This document shows, piece by piece, positions 12,009 to 24,028 of a stretch of DNA of 64,000 bases (position 1 is the stretch's first letter; every line of letters begins with the position of its first letter). The position numbers were made by a program, and so were the translations under genes. The notes under the pieces were generated by a model. It saw only the letters and a list, made by a program, of their open reading frames with translations, did not search any database and was not told the DNA's origin. This DNA comes from Octopus sinensis (Eukaryota). The stretch is taken from the NCBI RefSeq assembly GCF_006345805.1, contig NC_042997.1, forward strand, positions 30,504,001-30,568,000. The letters are read 5' to 3'.

Positions 12009-12201
12009 ATATATCCTTACGCAGTTGTGTATACGCTAACACCCACATACATACATACATACATACCATACATACATACATACATACATACATACCATAC
12101 ATACATACATACATACATACGTACATACATACATACATACATACATACGTACATACATACATACATACGTACATACATACATACATACATACATACATAC
12201 A

Positions 12202-12230
<29 letters not shown>
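11140..12230. repeat. Large compound microsatellite (GT, degenerate TA/TACA, ACAT)
   Basis: Direct read; source of the IY- and HTY-repeat ORFs. Confidence 0.95.
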
Positions 12231-12232
<2 letters not shown>

Positions 12233-12344
12233 TTCGCTTCACCTCGTCGAGAACAGTGTCACAACATGTAGTTTAGTGTAACTGATTTCCGCTTAGCTCC
12301 ACTACTAACCTGAATTCCTGTTCAATCTCTCATTAACTAGACTA

Positions 12345-12790
12345 ATAATAGTGGTGATTGAGAAGTGGTGGTGGAGTGGTGGCGGCGGCGGCGTCGGTAG
12401 TAGTGGTTGTGGTGTGGGTGGGGATGAGGTGGGTGGGTGGGTGAGTTTTTGGTTGAGGGTTGATATGCGGTGGCGGTAGCGGTTGATATGGGACGAGGTG
12501 AGGAAGACGTGGACGGATATGTAATAATGGTTGTGGTAAGCGGCGGCGGCGGCGGCGGTTAATATGGGGGGGAGGCAAGTGACGCGGAGGTAGGGGAGAG
12601 GTTGTCGTAGGGAAGTGGTGATTTGCTCGGGTGGAGGATGTGTACTAAGGGTGGTTGATATGACCCCCCCCCCTTCATATAGGGGTGGTTAATATGAGAT
12701 GATGGTGGTGGTGGTGATGGCGCATTACGGTACTGCGATTACAGAGGTCATTGTAGTAGTAGTAGTATTAATTGTAGTAAATGCGATGGT
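12345..12790. repeat. G-rich low-complexity (GGT/GGC) region
   Basis: Degenerate gtg/ggc runs with recurring gttgatatg. Confidence 0.7.
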
Positions 12791-13063
12791 GGGTGCATGT
12801 GGGTGTATTCTGCTCTGTAGTCCGAGGTCGCCAGTGATCGAGGGGCCCTATGGCGCGCTGGGAGTCGGCCAAACGTCGAGGTGCGATCCACAGATCCATC
12901 TTCTCCGTTACAATATCTCTCCTTGTCGAGGACCATACAGCACCATCCCACATGCAGATGTTGTACTCCCTCCATTAACCAAACTGTTTCTGTACACATG
13001 TAAATTCTGGTGATGGCCACGGCCAGAGCGTCACAATGGATATTATTCTGCACTTTTTGTTGA

Positions 13064-13144
13064 CAGTATGTATCCAGTATATGTATCCAGTATGTATCCA
13101 GTATATGTATCCAGTATGTATCCAGTATATGTTGACAGTATGTA
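13064..13144. repeat. 12/14-bp minisatellite (cagta[ta]tgtatc)
   Basis: About 6 alternating units. Confidence 0.85.
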
Positions 13145-13148
13145 TTGT

Positions 13149-13470
13149 GAGGGCGCGTGGCTTAGTGGTTAGGGCATTCGGCTCATGATCGTAAGGTTGT
13201 GAGTTCGATTCCCGGCGACGCGTTGTGTCCTTGAGCAAGACACTTTATTTCACGTTGCTCCAGTCCACTCAGCTGGCAAAAATGAGTTGTACTTGTATTT
13301 CAAAGAGTCAGCCTTGTCACTCTCTGTGTCACGCTGATTATCCCCGAGAACTGCGTTAAGGGTACACGTGTCTGTGGAGTGCTCAGCCATTTGCACGTTA
13401 ACTTCACGAGCAAGCTGTTCCGTTGATCGGATCAGCTGGGACCCTCGTCGTCGTAACCGGCGGAGTCTTT
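13149..13470 (+). mobile_element. SINE family B' (different tRNA head/body, same 3' half as B)
   Basis: Head gagggcgcgTGGCTTAGTGG...GAGTTCGATTCCC, body gtgtccttgagcaagacact..., joins the B sequence at tgtatttcaaag. Second copy at 39864-40186(-). Confidence 0.85.
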
Positions 13471-13573
13471 CTAATGTATCCAGCACAATGTCTGGAGTCA
13501 GCGATGTTCTTGATGTCAAAGCTATTTATGTGTATGTCCTCTTTATGCTTGTCAAAATCAAGTGAGATAGTGT

Positions 13574-13734
13574 TGGCTGTGTGGTAAGTAGCTTGCTTAC
13601 CAACGACATGGTTCCGGGTTCAGTCCCACTGCGTGGCACCCTGGGCAGGTGTCTTCTACTATAGCCTCGGGCCGACCAAAGCCTTGCGAGTGGATTTGGT
13701 AGACGGAAACTGAAAGAAGCCCGTCATATATATG

Positions 13735-13784
<50 letters not shown>

Positions 13785-13996
13785 TCTGTGTTTGACCCCC
13801 CCCCCCCCCCACATCGCTTGACAACCGATGCTGGTGTGTTTACGTCCCTGTAACTTAGCGGTTCGGCAAAAAAGACCGATAGAATAAGTACTAGGCTTAC
13901 AAAAGAATAAGTCCTGGGGTCGATGTGCTCGACTAAAGGCGGTGCTCCAGCATGGCCGCAGTCAAATGACTGAAACAAGTAAAAGTGTAAAAAGTA
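13574..13996 (+). mobile_element. SINE family A
   Basis: Near full-length copy. Confidence 0.9.
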
Positions 13997-14489
13997 TAAG
14001 ATGTTATTGTAGTTTTCTTGCATATTTGTTGTATATAAAAGATTTTCGATGTAGATGAGTTTTCGTACAGTAACAATGGCTGCTAAGCTTGCTGCGATAG
14101 CAAACTGTACCCGTCCTATATCCTGCTGTTTTCGGTTTTGGTTTGTTTGAGAGGAGGGGCGTTGCATCGTTTTAGTTAGCCTGTGGTGTGCACTGTACAA
14201 CTAATGACAAGTAGTGCAGTTCTACGTTCATTTTTGTCTGTTTACTGTTTTTGTTTTGTTTTCGCTGATATTTTTTGACAATTGCTTGGTCAGCCCTCAT
14301 CTAACAGACCTATGATGAAAAACATTCCAACCTTGACCACACCGTTTCTGGGATACCGATGACTATATTACTTAATATAACACGTTCTTTATTTCTAATG
14401 ATGGGATATGATTAGAGTGAAATTTGACTGCTAGTTTTTTTACAAGCCGAGCGTTCTTTAGAGAGTATTGTGTTGTTATAGGAAAATGA

Positions 14490-14910
14490 GTGCCAGGTAG
14501 GACTGACGTTATCTACAACCCTAAAGTCCAACCCCTCCTCAAAGCGGTAGGGTGGTGTAAACGGGCAGTGTCAGAGCTAAGCCGTCGGGAACTTCGGTTA
14601 CTGGCAGGGCCACCAAAGGCGGATTGGTCTGGCACCGAGCGGTATTAGGGCCAACGGGGCTCTGGTGAAAATTCCAAGATGCATCTGATCGGCAACCGGC
14701 GGCTTCGTGGTCGTTCTGGCCCTGCGTCTGCGGAGACTCTGCAGCAAACAGGGCTTCCCGTCACTCGGGATATGCATGCGGGATGTCGGAGACACCGCTT
14801 GTGAATTCAATATTCCCACGAAACTTCTATGAATCCTACTATGCCGTCAGGACCAGAAAAGAAGCCGGCTCAACCCGCCCTGGGTGAACGCCCTCACAAG
14901 TACAAGTAAA
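14490..14910. repeat. GC-rich unclassified repeat fragment (possible retroelement UTR)
   Basis: Abrupt GC rise, several hairpins, no convincing ORF. Confidence 0.3.
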
Positions 14911-15349
14911 GTAAGGCGTTGTCTACCATACTTTCTTTGCTGTCTTCTGTGTAAATGTCATAAGTAACTCTTAAGTATTTTTGTCTTTTCTGAGTATGGT
15001 TTGTCTATATTGTTGAGTATGATGATTAGTTACGCTTGACATTGTCTGGCGTTCTGGTTGAGAAAGATGACTAGTAATTTTGCTAAGTGCATTTTAAGTC
15101 TATTGTTGCATTTGATGTTGTCTGGGGACGCTGGTAAGAAGGAGGGCACAGTAAATTTGGTAAGTGCTACTTACCAAAGTCATTGCCACGGAGACAGGTT
15201 TCTTGGTGATTTCTTATAGTGTAAGGGTAATTGTACAATAGCGACTGGACAATGGTAAGAGGATGTAAATATGATCTAATCTGCATGTCACGAATGCATG
15301 TTTTATGGAAGTGAAGCATATGGTGTCGGTATAGTTTAAATAATGTAAG

Positions 15350-15895
15350 GCGGCGAGCTGGCAGAACGTTAGCACGCCGGATGAATGCTTAGCGGTATTT
15401 CGTCTGTCGTTACGTTGTGTTAAAGGTCAACTGCTTTCATCCTTTCGGGTCGAAATTGTACCGTTACGCTCTGGGTCGATATAATCGCTTAATACCTATG
15501 TCCTTGCTCTATGTTTAGCCTTGTGGGTAATAAAAAATAGGTATTCGTCTGTGTTACGTTGTGACTTCAAATTCGGTCGAGGTCAACTTTGCCTTTCATC
15601 CTTTCGGGTTCGATAAATTAAGTACCAGTTACGCACTGGAGTCGATGTAATCGACTTAATACCTATGTCTGTCCTTGTTTGTCCCCTCTATGTTTAGCCC
15701 CTTGTAGGTAATAAAGAAATAGGTATTTCATCTGCTGTTACGTTCTGAGTTCAAATTCCGCCGAGGTCGACTTTGCCTTTCATCCTTTCGGGTTCGATAA
15801 ATTAAGTACCAGTTACGCACTGGGGTCGATGTAATCGACTTAATACCTATGTCTGTCCCCTCTGTATTAAGCCCCTTGTGGACAATAAAGAAATA
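15350..15895 (+). mobile_element. SINE family C trimer (one head + 3 core/tail units)
   Basis: Head gcggcgagctggcagaacgttagc, units joined at (g)aaata|ggtatt. Flanked by ggtatagtttaaataatgtaag. Confidence 0.88.
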
Positions 15896-15917
15896 GGTAT
15901 AGTTTAAATAATGTAAG

Positions 15918-16147
15918 GCAGCGAGCTGGCAGAATCGTTAGCACGCCGAGCGAAGTGCTTAGCGGTATTTCGTCTGCCGTTGCGTTCTGAGTTCAAATTC
16001 CGTCGAGGTCGACTTTGCCTTTCATCCTTTCGGGGTCGATTAAATAAGTACCAGTTACGCACTGGGGTCGATATAATCGACTTAATTCGTTTGTCTGTCC
16101 TTGTTTGTCCTCTCTGTCTTTAGCCCCTTGTAGGTAGTAAAGAAATA
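15918..16147 (+). mobile_element. SINE family C monomer
   Basis: Full copy between two further copies of the same 22-bp flank. Confidence 0.9.
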
Positions 16148-16991
16148 GGTATAGTTTAAATAATGTAAGCGAGACACTGTTCGGGAAATTTCGAGTTTAG
16201 GAAGAGTTGTTCTTGTATATTCTACAGGCTTGGCAACCTGACAATAGTTTTTTGATCCACGTTTCATGTCGTATATCTTTTGTATGAATAGACGGGAAAC
16301 GGAGCTGAAAGGTTTTACAGACGACAATATCTAGTGTTTTCCTTTTTTATTGTTGAAGCCCTCGTGTATTTCCTGAGTTGGATTTGTGCGTGGTGTACAA
16401 GTTGAGTACAGTGATCTGAATTCATGTTGTTATTTAAAGAAAAATGTGTAGGTTGATGTTAAGGATAAACCTTTATGAAATTTTCGAGGGTATGCATAAT
16501 AGAGTGAAGAATTGGTTGAATGTTACTTACCTAAGGTTTTATATTACTGACTCCACACAGTCTGATGATGCCTGGGGAGCTGAAACTTTGAAGCCATTGA
16601 CAACCTTTACCTAATAAAAATGAATATGCACACTTCAAAAAACTATAGAATGATCTTTCGAATAAAAGAAAGAATTGTCTCTAAGCATCGAAATTCCATT
16701 TCATTTATCAACCCGAAAGAATGAAAGACAAATTCGATCTCGGTGGTATTTGAATTGAAAGCGCAGTTCGCAGAAAGAAGAGCTTAAAGCGATCTATCCT
16801 ACGCTGTTATGATTTTACCAGTTCGCCGTATTATCGATCCAATATTCAATGTAACTTTTTCTCTTTCTTGAGCTGAGATTAAAGGAGATTTAACTGCTAA
16901 TACTCGGAGTTCAACTTATAATATAGAACTGCACTTCTTTCACTGGTTCGTTATACTGTCTATTGTGCCTATATTTGAATATAAGACTTAC

Positions 16992-17225
16992 AAGGCGGCG
17001 AGCTGGCAGAAATGTTAGCGCGCCGGGCGAAATGCGTAGCCGTATTTCGTCTGCCGTTACGTTCTGAGTTCAATTCCGCCGAGGTCGACTTTGCCTTTCA
17101 TCCCTTCAGGGTCGATAAATTAAGTACCAGTTACGCACTGGGGGTCGATGTAATCGACTTAATCCGTTAGTCTGTCCTTGTTTGTCCCCTCTATGTTTAG
17201 CCCCTTGTGGGCAGTAAAGAAATAT
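16992..17225 (+). mobile_element. SINE family C monomer
   Basis: 21-bp TSD atatttgaatataagacttac at 16971-16991 and 17226-17246 defines the element ends. Confidence 0.92.
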
Positions 17226-17814
17226 ATATTTGAATATAAGACTTACGACAGTAGCAGTCAGAAATAAAATCCGACATCCAATTCAACAAAATGAAACACC
17301 AAGTTCGTAAATATGAATAAGAAACATAAATAAATTTTTAGGATCTGTGAAGTGAGTAATACTTGAAACTATCATACATTTTTGAAACATGCTTTCTAGT
17401 TTCATTATTTCCAAATATATAAATATATGTAAGCTCTACAATCTCTACACTCATCTCAGTAACACTAAATACACACACGTCCCCCTATGCCTATCTCAAT
17501 AAACACATACACTCCTATATGCTCAGCCTTCTCCTCCCAACATTTTCTCCCTTTTCAACCCCCTTTTTCCCCTACAACCGCCTTTCCAACTAGTATCTAG
17601 TCATCTCATTTTTTTTCTCTAATGACATTTTCTCATTCACACTTTCCCTTTTTTTCCATTCTCTGTCTTTCTTTAGATGGAGGATTCGCGTCCGAATATC
17701 AACACGCTTTTTCTTCTTTTTAAGAGTTAAACTAATACAACTTTTGATAATAAAACTTGTCCCTCTTGTGTTGTCCCTCTTTTTTTCTCTGCATCGCCTT
17801 CTCTAACATACATA

Positions 17815-18105
17815 CAGATAGATTGACTTAGGGAAATATATCATACCGACGATTTCTGGGCGTGTATAAGTCTTGAAAAAATTACGAAAATCGATTCCAG
17901 TTGACAATGCGATCGATAAAGCATTCTTTGGAATAGAAAAAATGTCTATCTTTATTTCTTCTTTTGCTGGTATCTCAAATTTAGGTTAAATCAGTGTTTC
18001 TCAAAGGGGAGGCCTATGGGACGATCGAACAAGTTGTTTTGAGAAAATTTGGTTTAAATGTTTGACAACTCAGCACCATCCACTGGACGGGGGGCGTTTT
18101 GCTCG
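17815..18105 (+). mobile_element. Helitron-derived repeat fragment
   Basis: Reverse complement of parts of 62770-62930 (gggcgtgtataagtcttgaaaaaattac...cgatcgataaagc; acc.tcca.tggac.gggggcgttt). Confidence 0.6.
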
Positions 18106-18508
18106 TATATATATATATATATATATGAGAAATTACGTTAAACACAAGTTTATATCGTTTGTTCGTACGTACGATCACTGTAACATGATAAAATAAAGTG
18201 TTCCTTGATGATCCGTTGTGGTTAAGCATCCAACTGTACTTGGATACACCTGGAACATCCAATACAGAGTTCCAAACAACCACAATAATGAAATGTGGAC
18301 AAATAATATAGATCTGTGTTGATCGTAATTTCTCCTCCATTTGAGCTGTATATTATTATAACTAGTATTACTAACTAGTATAACAGTACCTTAACAACAA
18401 CACTGGGAACTGAATGAACGATGATAATATACGTGGGAATCTAAATCCAACATTAGAATTTGCAAGTCTATTTACACACACAAGATACACTCTGTGTGTG
18501 TGTGTGTG

Positions 18509-18541
<33 letters not shown>

Positions 18542-18835
18542 ACACAACAAAGCAATTTTCTAAAATGTCTACGCTCCGAGACTTGAGAGAAACGCTTAAA
18601 AGTTACTCGTAGTCACAGTTTGAGCAGACATACGTAAGTTTTTTTTTTATCTGTGTGTGTGTGTATGTGTGTGTGTGTGTGTAAATACATACATAACACA
18701 GGCATAGATACATGCATACAATTGTCTTTGTATTCACTGTGTTGTTAGTGAGATTACGTGTTGATGCATATATGCATATACATACAGATATATATTATAT
18801 ATATATATATAATATATATATATATAAGTACCTGT

Positions 18836-18869
<34 letters not shown>

Positions 18870-19056
18870 AATTTCTGCCATAAAGCTTCATTGTATAGCA
18901 ACTGTGTACACTCGTAATCATATATATACATCTATGCTATTATATAACAATGCTGACTTTCATACTATATATAAATACAATTATATATGCTATGCATATG
19001 TAATTATGCATGTGTATAGATATATATATATAAATGTAACCGCGTGTATATTTATG

Positions 19057-19106
<50 letters not shown>

Positions 19107-19162
19107 ACACACACAGGCACACACACATCTGTGTGTGTGAGCATATAAATTCACACAATGTG

Positions 19163-19222
<60 letters not shown>

Positions 19223-19987
19223 AACACTTGTATATGCACACACAACACATATATATACACACGCTCTGTGTGTGTCTGTGAGCGTATAAAATCACACAAT
19301 AGAGCTGATAAATAATCACAGAATGTGCACACACACACATAATCACACTATATATGTGCATGCCTACGTGTGTGTACGTATACGTATATGGGGATCTCCT
19401 CCACTTGATATAAAAAAAAACATAAGCACATACATTAAATTAGAATAACGTTATTTTCGTCAATTTCTCAGTAAACAATAAGTTAAGATCTTTTACAGTC
19501 ACAGTGTGCTTGTCTAGCGCTAACGAGTTGACTTCTATATTTAACAAGAACACTTCAAGATACTACACATACGAGTATATATATATATGCATACATACAT
19601 GAGGACGTATTGTATATATTGTTGGAAACTCATTAGCACTATTTTTTTTATGATTATATATTATTTTTCTAGCACTTTTCCTTCTCATTTTTATCGTTTT
19701 GGTAATGGCTTTTTTTTTTTTCCACGTTTACAAATAAAATGCTTCACAATACAAACGGTACATAAAGAGAACATTATTTCCCCCCCCCCTTCTGCTGTGC
19801 ATGCTTTGCTGGGACATAAGAAGCCAGTCTATGTCATGCAGCTCGTTACTGCTACTCAAGCAAACATCCTTGACAGTAGCCGAAATAAATCCATTGGCAG
19901 ATTGCTAAGGACCCATATCCATTGACGATTTCCCACTACTCTCCCACAGACACCCTGTTTCCTCATTCTGAATCCTTTATTCATACC

Positions 19988-20925
19988 TATTTCTTTACTA
20001 CCCACAAGGGGCTAAACACATTAAATTTATTATATCGACCCCAGTGCGTAACTGGTACTTAATTTATCGACCCCGAAAGGAAGAAAGGCAAAGTCGACCA
20101 CGGCAGAATTTGAACTCAGAACGTAACAGCAGACGAAATGCCAATTTCTTTACTACCCACAAGGGGCTAAACACAGAGGAGACAAACAAGGACAGACGGA
20201 TGGATTAAGCCGATTTGATCGACCGCAGTGCGTAACTGGTACTTAATTTATCAACCCGGAAAGGAAGAAAGGCAAAGTCGACCACGACAGAATTTGAACT
20301 CAGAACGTAAAGACAGACGAAATGCCTATTTCTTTACTACCCACAAGGGGCTAAACACAGAGGAGACAAACAAGGACAGACAGACGGATTAAGTTGATTA
20401 TATCGACCCGGTGCGTAACTGGTACTTATTTAATCGACCCCGAAAGGATGAAAGGCAAAGTCGACCTCGGCGGAATTTGAACTCAGACGTAAAGACAGAC
20501 GAAATACCTATTTCTTTACTACCCACAAGGGGCTAAATACAGAGAGGACAGAGAAGGACAGACAGATGGATTAAGTCGATTATATCGACCCCAGTGCGTA
20601 ACTGGTACTTATTTAATCAATCCCGAAAGGATGAAAGGCAAAGTCGACCTCGGCGGAATTTTAACTCAGAACGTAAAGACAGACGAAATACGTATTTCTT
20701 TACTACCCACAAGGGGCTAAACACAGAGAGGACAGACAAGGACAGACATAGGTATTAAGTCGATTATATCGACCCCAGTGCGTAACTGGTACTTAATTTA
20801 TCGACCCCGAAAGGATGAAAGGCAAAGTCGACCTCGGCGGAATTTGAACTCAGAACGTTACGGCAGACGAAATACCGCAAAGCATTTCGCCCGGCGCGCT
20901 AACGTTTCTGCCAGCTCGCCGCCTT
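19988..20925 (-). mobile_element. SINE family C pentamer (one head + 5 units of ~183 bp)
   Basis: Four headless units plus one headed unit. 15-bp TSD tcctttatt(c/g)atacc at 19973-19987 and 20927-20941. Confidence 0.9.
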
Positions 20926-21614
20926 CTCCTTTATTGATACCATAAAGGTCTATACTCAACAGGGTTGTCTAAATAAATACCGCTTTAACCACATTCAACT
21001 AACAAACATACGCTTCTCTTGCCCTAGTTACCTCATCTGTCTTTATCCAGGAAAAACTAAGAGGAATACTTCAATTATTGATTCAATAGTTGGATTTTGT
21101 AATTATTTCAATGTTTAGTTTAAGATATTGACAGAAACTCGATATTTCTTATTGTTTCACATAAGCATATTGACATAATGCGCTTATTGCATTGTCATTG
21201 TGTACAAGTTGTACATTAATCAGTTAATAAGCAACATAAAGTAATTCTTTGTTTAATTACTTGATATTTAAAACAAATATGGCATTTTTTACTTTTGCAT
21301 TTTTGTGATTTTTTTTTTCTCGTGACTTCATTTATATTCAATAATCTGTATCACACTCCCAACACAGATTATTGAATGGAAATGGCTCTGACAATTAAAC
21401 TCGGTCTTTCTTCCATAGATGTTCAACGTCGCGAAATTTCTTTCCATCCATATTTTCCAGCAAGTCATCAAATTGCAATTGTTTTAAAGTAAACTGCAAC
21501 TGCATCAGTCGTAAATGATAGATGAGGTTCCTGCAACTTCTTTGAGCAGAAAAATTTGTGCAGAATGATTTGTTTATAATGATCACAATTTATGTGTTGT
21601 AACTTTTTAACTCA

Positions 21615-21800
21615 CTCACTCCATCAAATCGACATTACCTGTACAGGCACGGTATGCCATACGCCAGACGTCAAAGTGATCACAGAGCAACGTGAAATGA
21701 AGTGTTTTTCTCAAGAAAAACGCACCGACTGGTCTGAGAATCGAAACCATGATCTTACGATGGTGAGTGCAACACCCTAAACGCTAGGCCACGCGCCCTG
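21615..21800 (-). mobile_element. Short tRNA-head SINE related to the B' head
   Basis: Ends in ccctaaacgctaggccacgcgccct (reverse-complement A box) and has the gcaacgtgaaatgaagtgt..tctcaag body. Similar copy at ~52780-52970(-). Confidence 0.6.
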
Positions 21801-22647
21801 GCACAGTCTATTACCACCTGACTTTAAACTATAAGAAACATCTGTTCACAGATAACTATGCAAATTGTGAAGCACATAGACATACAAAAAGTGTCTTTTT
21901 CGAAACGTGTTCGAAGCTCCATTAACATCTGTTAGAGTATGTGTTAAATAGACGATTAATGTATGCCAAACTAGTTACCTTTCTACATTGTAACTGTTGT
22001 CGCTGGTGTATCACGCCCTACAGAATACCAGCTACCCGACAGGTGAAACATGTACTGAAAGAACTGATGTCGCTAAAATGTTGCACCTACAGCATACTAA
22101 CAAACTAACAAACTAACATCAGCATCTTGTCTGCGCTCCCACGTAATGGTAATAATGAAAGAAAGGATGTCGTTCAGATAGTTAAAATATCCAAATGACT
22201 TGAACTGATCAATGGAGACCTAAATACTCTCTTTTCTAGAATCCATTTTAAATTTCCTTTAAATTTTATTCCACTCTGATTCAGAACATTTGATGATCTG
22301 GTGTGTTCTGCAAACTTGAAGTTTCGTGAGTGCAAAATGTGGAGCTGAGTAAACCTCTTATTAGAAATATAAAATCACTGCAAATGTACTTGAATGCTTC
22401 TTTCGTTTGTTACTCTATATAATATAAATCTTTTATATCAATAAAATAGCCAACTCTATATTCAAATGTTATGTGTCCTTTTGATATGAATGGTCATCTT
22501 AACCTTAAGAGTAAAATCATATGTAGGTGTGTACGTATGCATGTATATATGTATATTACAAAACACGATGATTATGAATAGATTTGACCTGAATTAGTAA
22601 TCCAATACCATATATTATATCGTACATTTATTTTTAACACGTTCATA

Positions 22648-23292
22648 GTCGCAGGAGTGGCTGTGTGGTAAGTAGCTTGTTTACCAACCACATGGTTCCG
22701 GGTTCAGTCCCACTGCGTGACACCTTGGGCAAGTGTCTTCTACTATAGCCTCGGGCCGACCAAACCCTTGTGAGTGGATTTGGTAGACGGAAACTGAAAG
22801 AAGCCCGTCGTATATGTGTATATATGTGTGTGTGTTTGTGTGTCTGTGTTTGTGTGTCTGTGTTTGTCCTCCTAGCATTGCTTGACAACCGATGCTGGTG
22901 TGTTTATGTCCCCGTTACTTAGCGGTTCGGCAAAAGAGACCGATAGAATAAGTACTGGGCTTACAAAAGAATAAGTCCCGGAGTCGAGTTGCTCGATTAA
23001 AGGCGGTGCTCCAGCATGGCCGCAGTCATAAGAAGCCCGTCGTATATGTGTATATATGTGTGTGTGTTTGTGTGTCTGTGTTTGTCCCCCTAGCATTGCT
23101 TGACAACCGATGCTGGTGTGTTTATGTCCTCGTTACTTAGCGGTTCGGCAAAAGAGACCGATAGAATAAGTACTGAGCTTACAAAAGAATAAGTCGCGGG
23201 GTCGAGTTGCTCGATTAAAGGCGGTGTTCCAGCATGGCCGCAGTCAAATGACTAAAACAAGTAAAAGAGTAAAGAGTAAAGAGTAAAGAGTA
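22648..23292 (+). mobile_element. SINE family A with tandem duplication of its 3' half
   Basis: ccgcagtcata|agaagcccgtcgtatatg junction at ~23030, after which the microsatellite-to-tail part repeats. Confidence 0.85.
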
Positions 23293-24028
23293 TATTCACT
23301 CAAACTTAGAAGGACCCTCACTCGGAAGAGAAATTCTCTTTATATAGAGTGTTTGCGTAAATACATAGAGCTGTTTTATGAATAATGTTATCACTGTCAT
23401 CGTCATGTATCGTACGCTTTTTGCAGTGTGTTGATGACACTACACCGAACGTCTTTCCGATTAGGCATGAGCTTTCCAGTCGGATGAAGCCGCAGCGTTC
23501 CTTCGTTGTCACTTCCTCATAGTACTTTCGTGGCAACCAGTTCGTCCCCAACTGGTTGGCCGCCCACAAGGATTTCATCTGTCCTTCAACAGATCTTACT
23601 TTAGTTTTGATGGGTGTCCAGACACACTCCTCACAAAAATAGCAAGCTACTCGAGTGCGGGTTTATTTGCCGACAACTCGACCATGGAACAATTAGTACA
23701 GGTTTACACGGTACGAGTAGCAGGTCTCATCAGTCTGTGATGAGATCCCTTACCTGACGCTCATCAGAGCGTAGGGCGCGGAATTTCTAGATTCTTTCTT
23801 TTTTGAGACGCCCATCTCAAAATTTTGCTGAGATAAGTTACAGAGCCAAGTGCTCCAATAATTACAGGTATGAATCTAAACCTATAGTGGATTACCAGAC
23901 GATTCCTCTTTAGTTTGACATTGGTGTGTATTTCCGTCTAACCTTTAGCATTATGACAATATCTAACAATGAACTTATTTCCTTTATTGTACACAATTTC
24001 TTTCTCTGGGTCATTTGGTGTGTTATTT

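Noticed and set aside
11083-12281. IY/HTY/MYVC repeat ORFs (also near 18.7-19.4, 38.2, 58.6 and 60.5 kb)
   Set aside because: Translations of TA/CA/TACA microsatellites.
12800-13000. Unique-looking GC-moderate stretch with short ORFs on both strands
   Set aside because: No recognisable motif or splice structure.
14930-16330. Sequence hosting the SINE-C cluster as a Penelope RT fragment (…TLPKLEISRTVSRLHYLNYTD…)
   Set aside because: Similarity too weak to call by eye; needs blastx after removing the SINEs.
16562-16586. CTGATGA...GAAAC hammerhead-like string (also degenerate versions near 17676-17700 and 55278-55310)
   Set aside because: Stem II does not pair or core bases are mutated; at best dead relics of Penelope-like repeats.
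19988-20925. Regular ~183-bp array could be mistaken for CRISPR or satellite DNA
   Set aside because: No unique spacers; units are SINE-C bodies; eukaryotic context.
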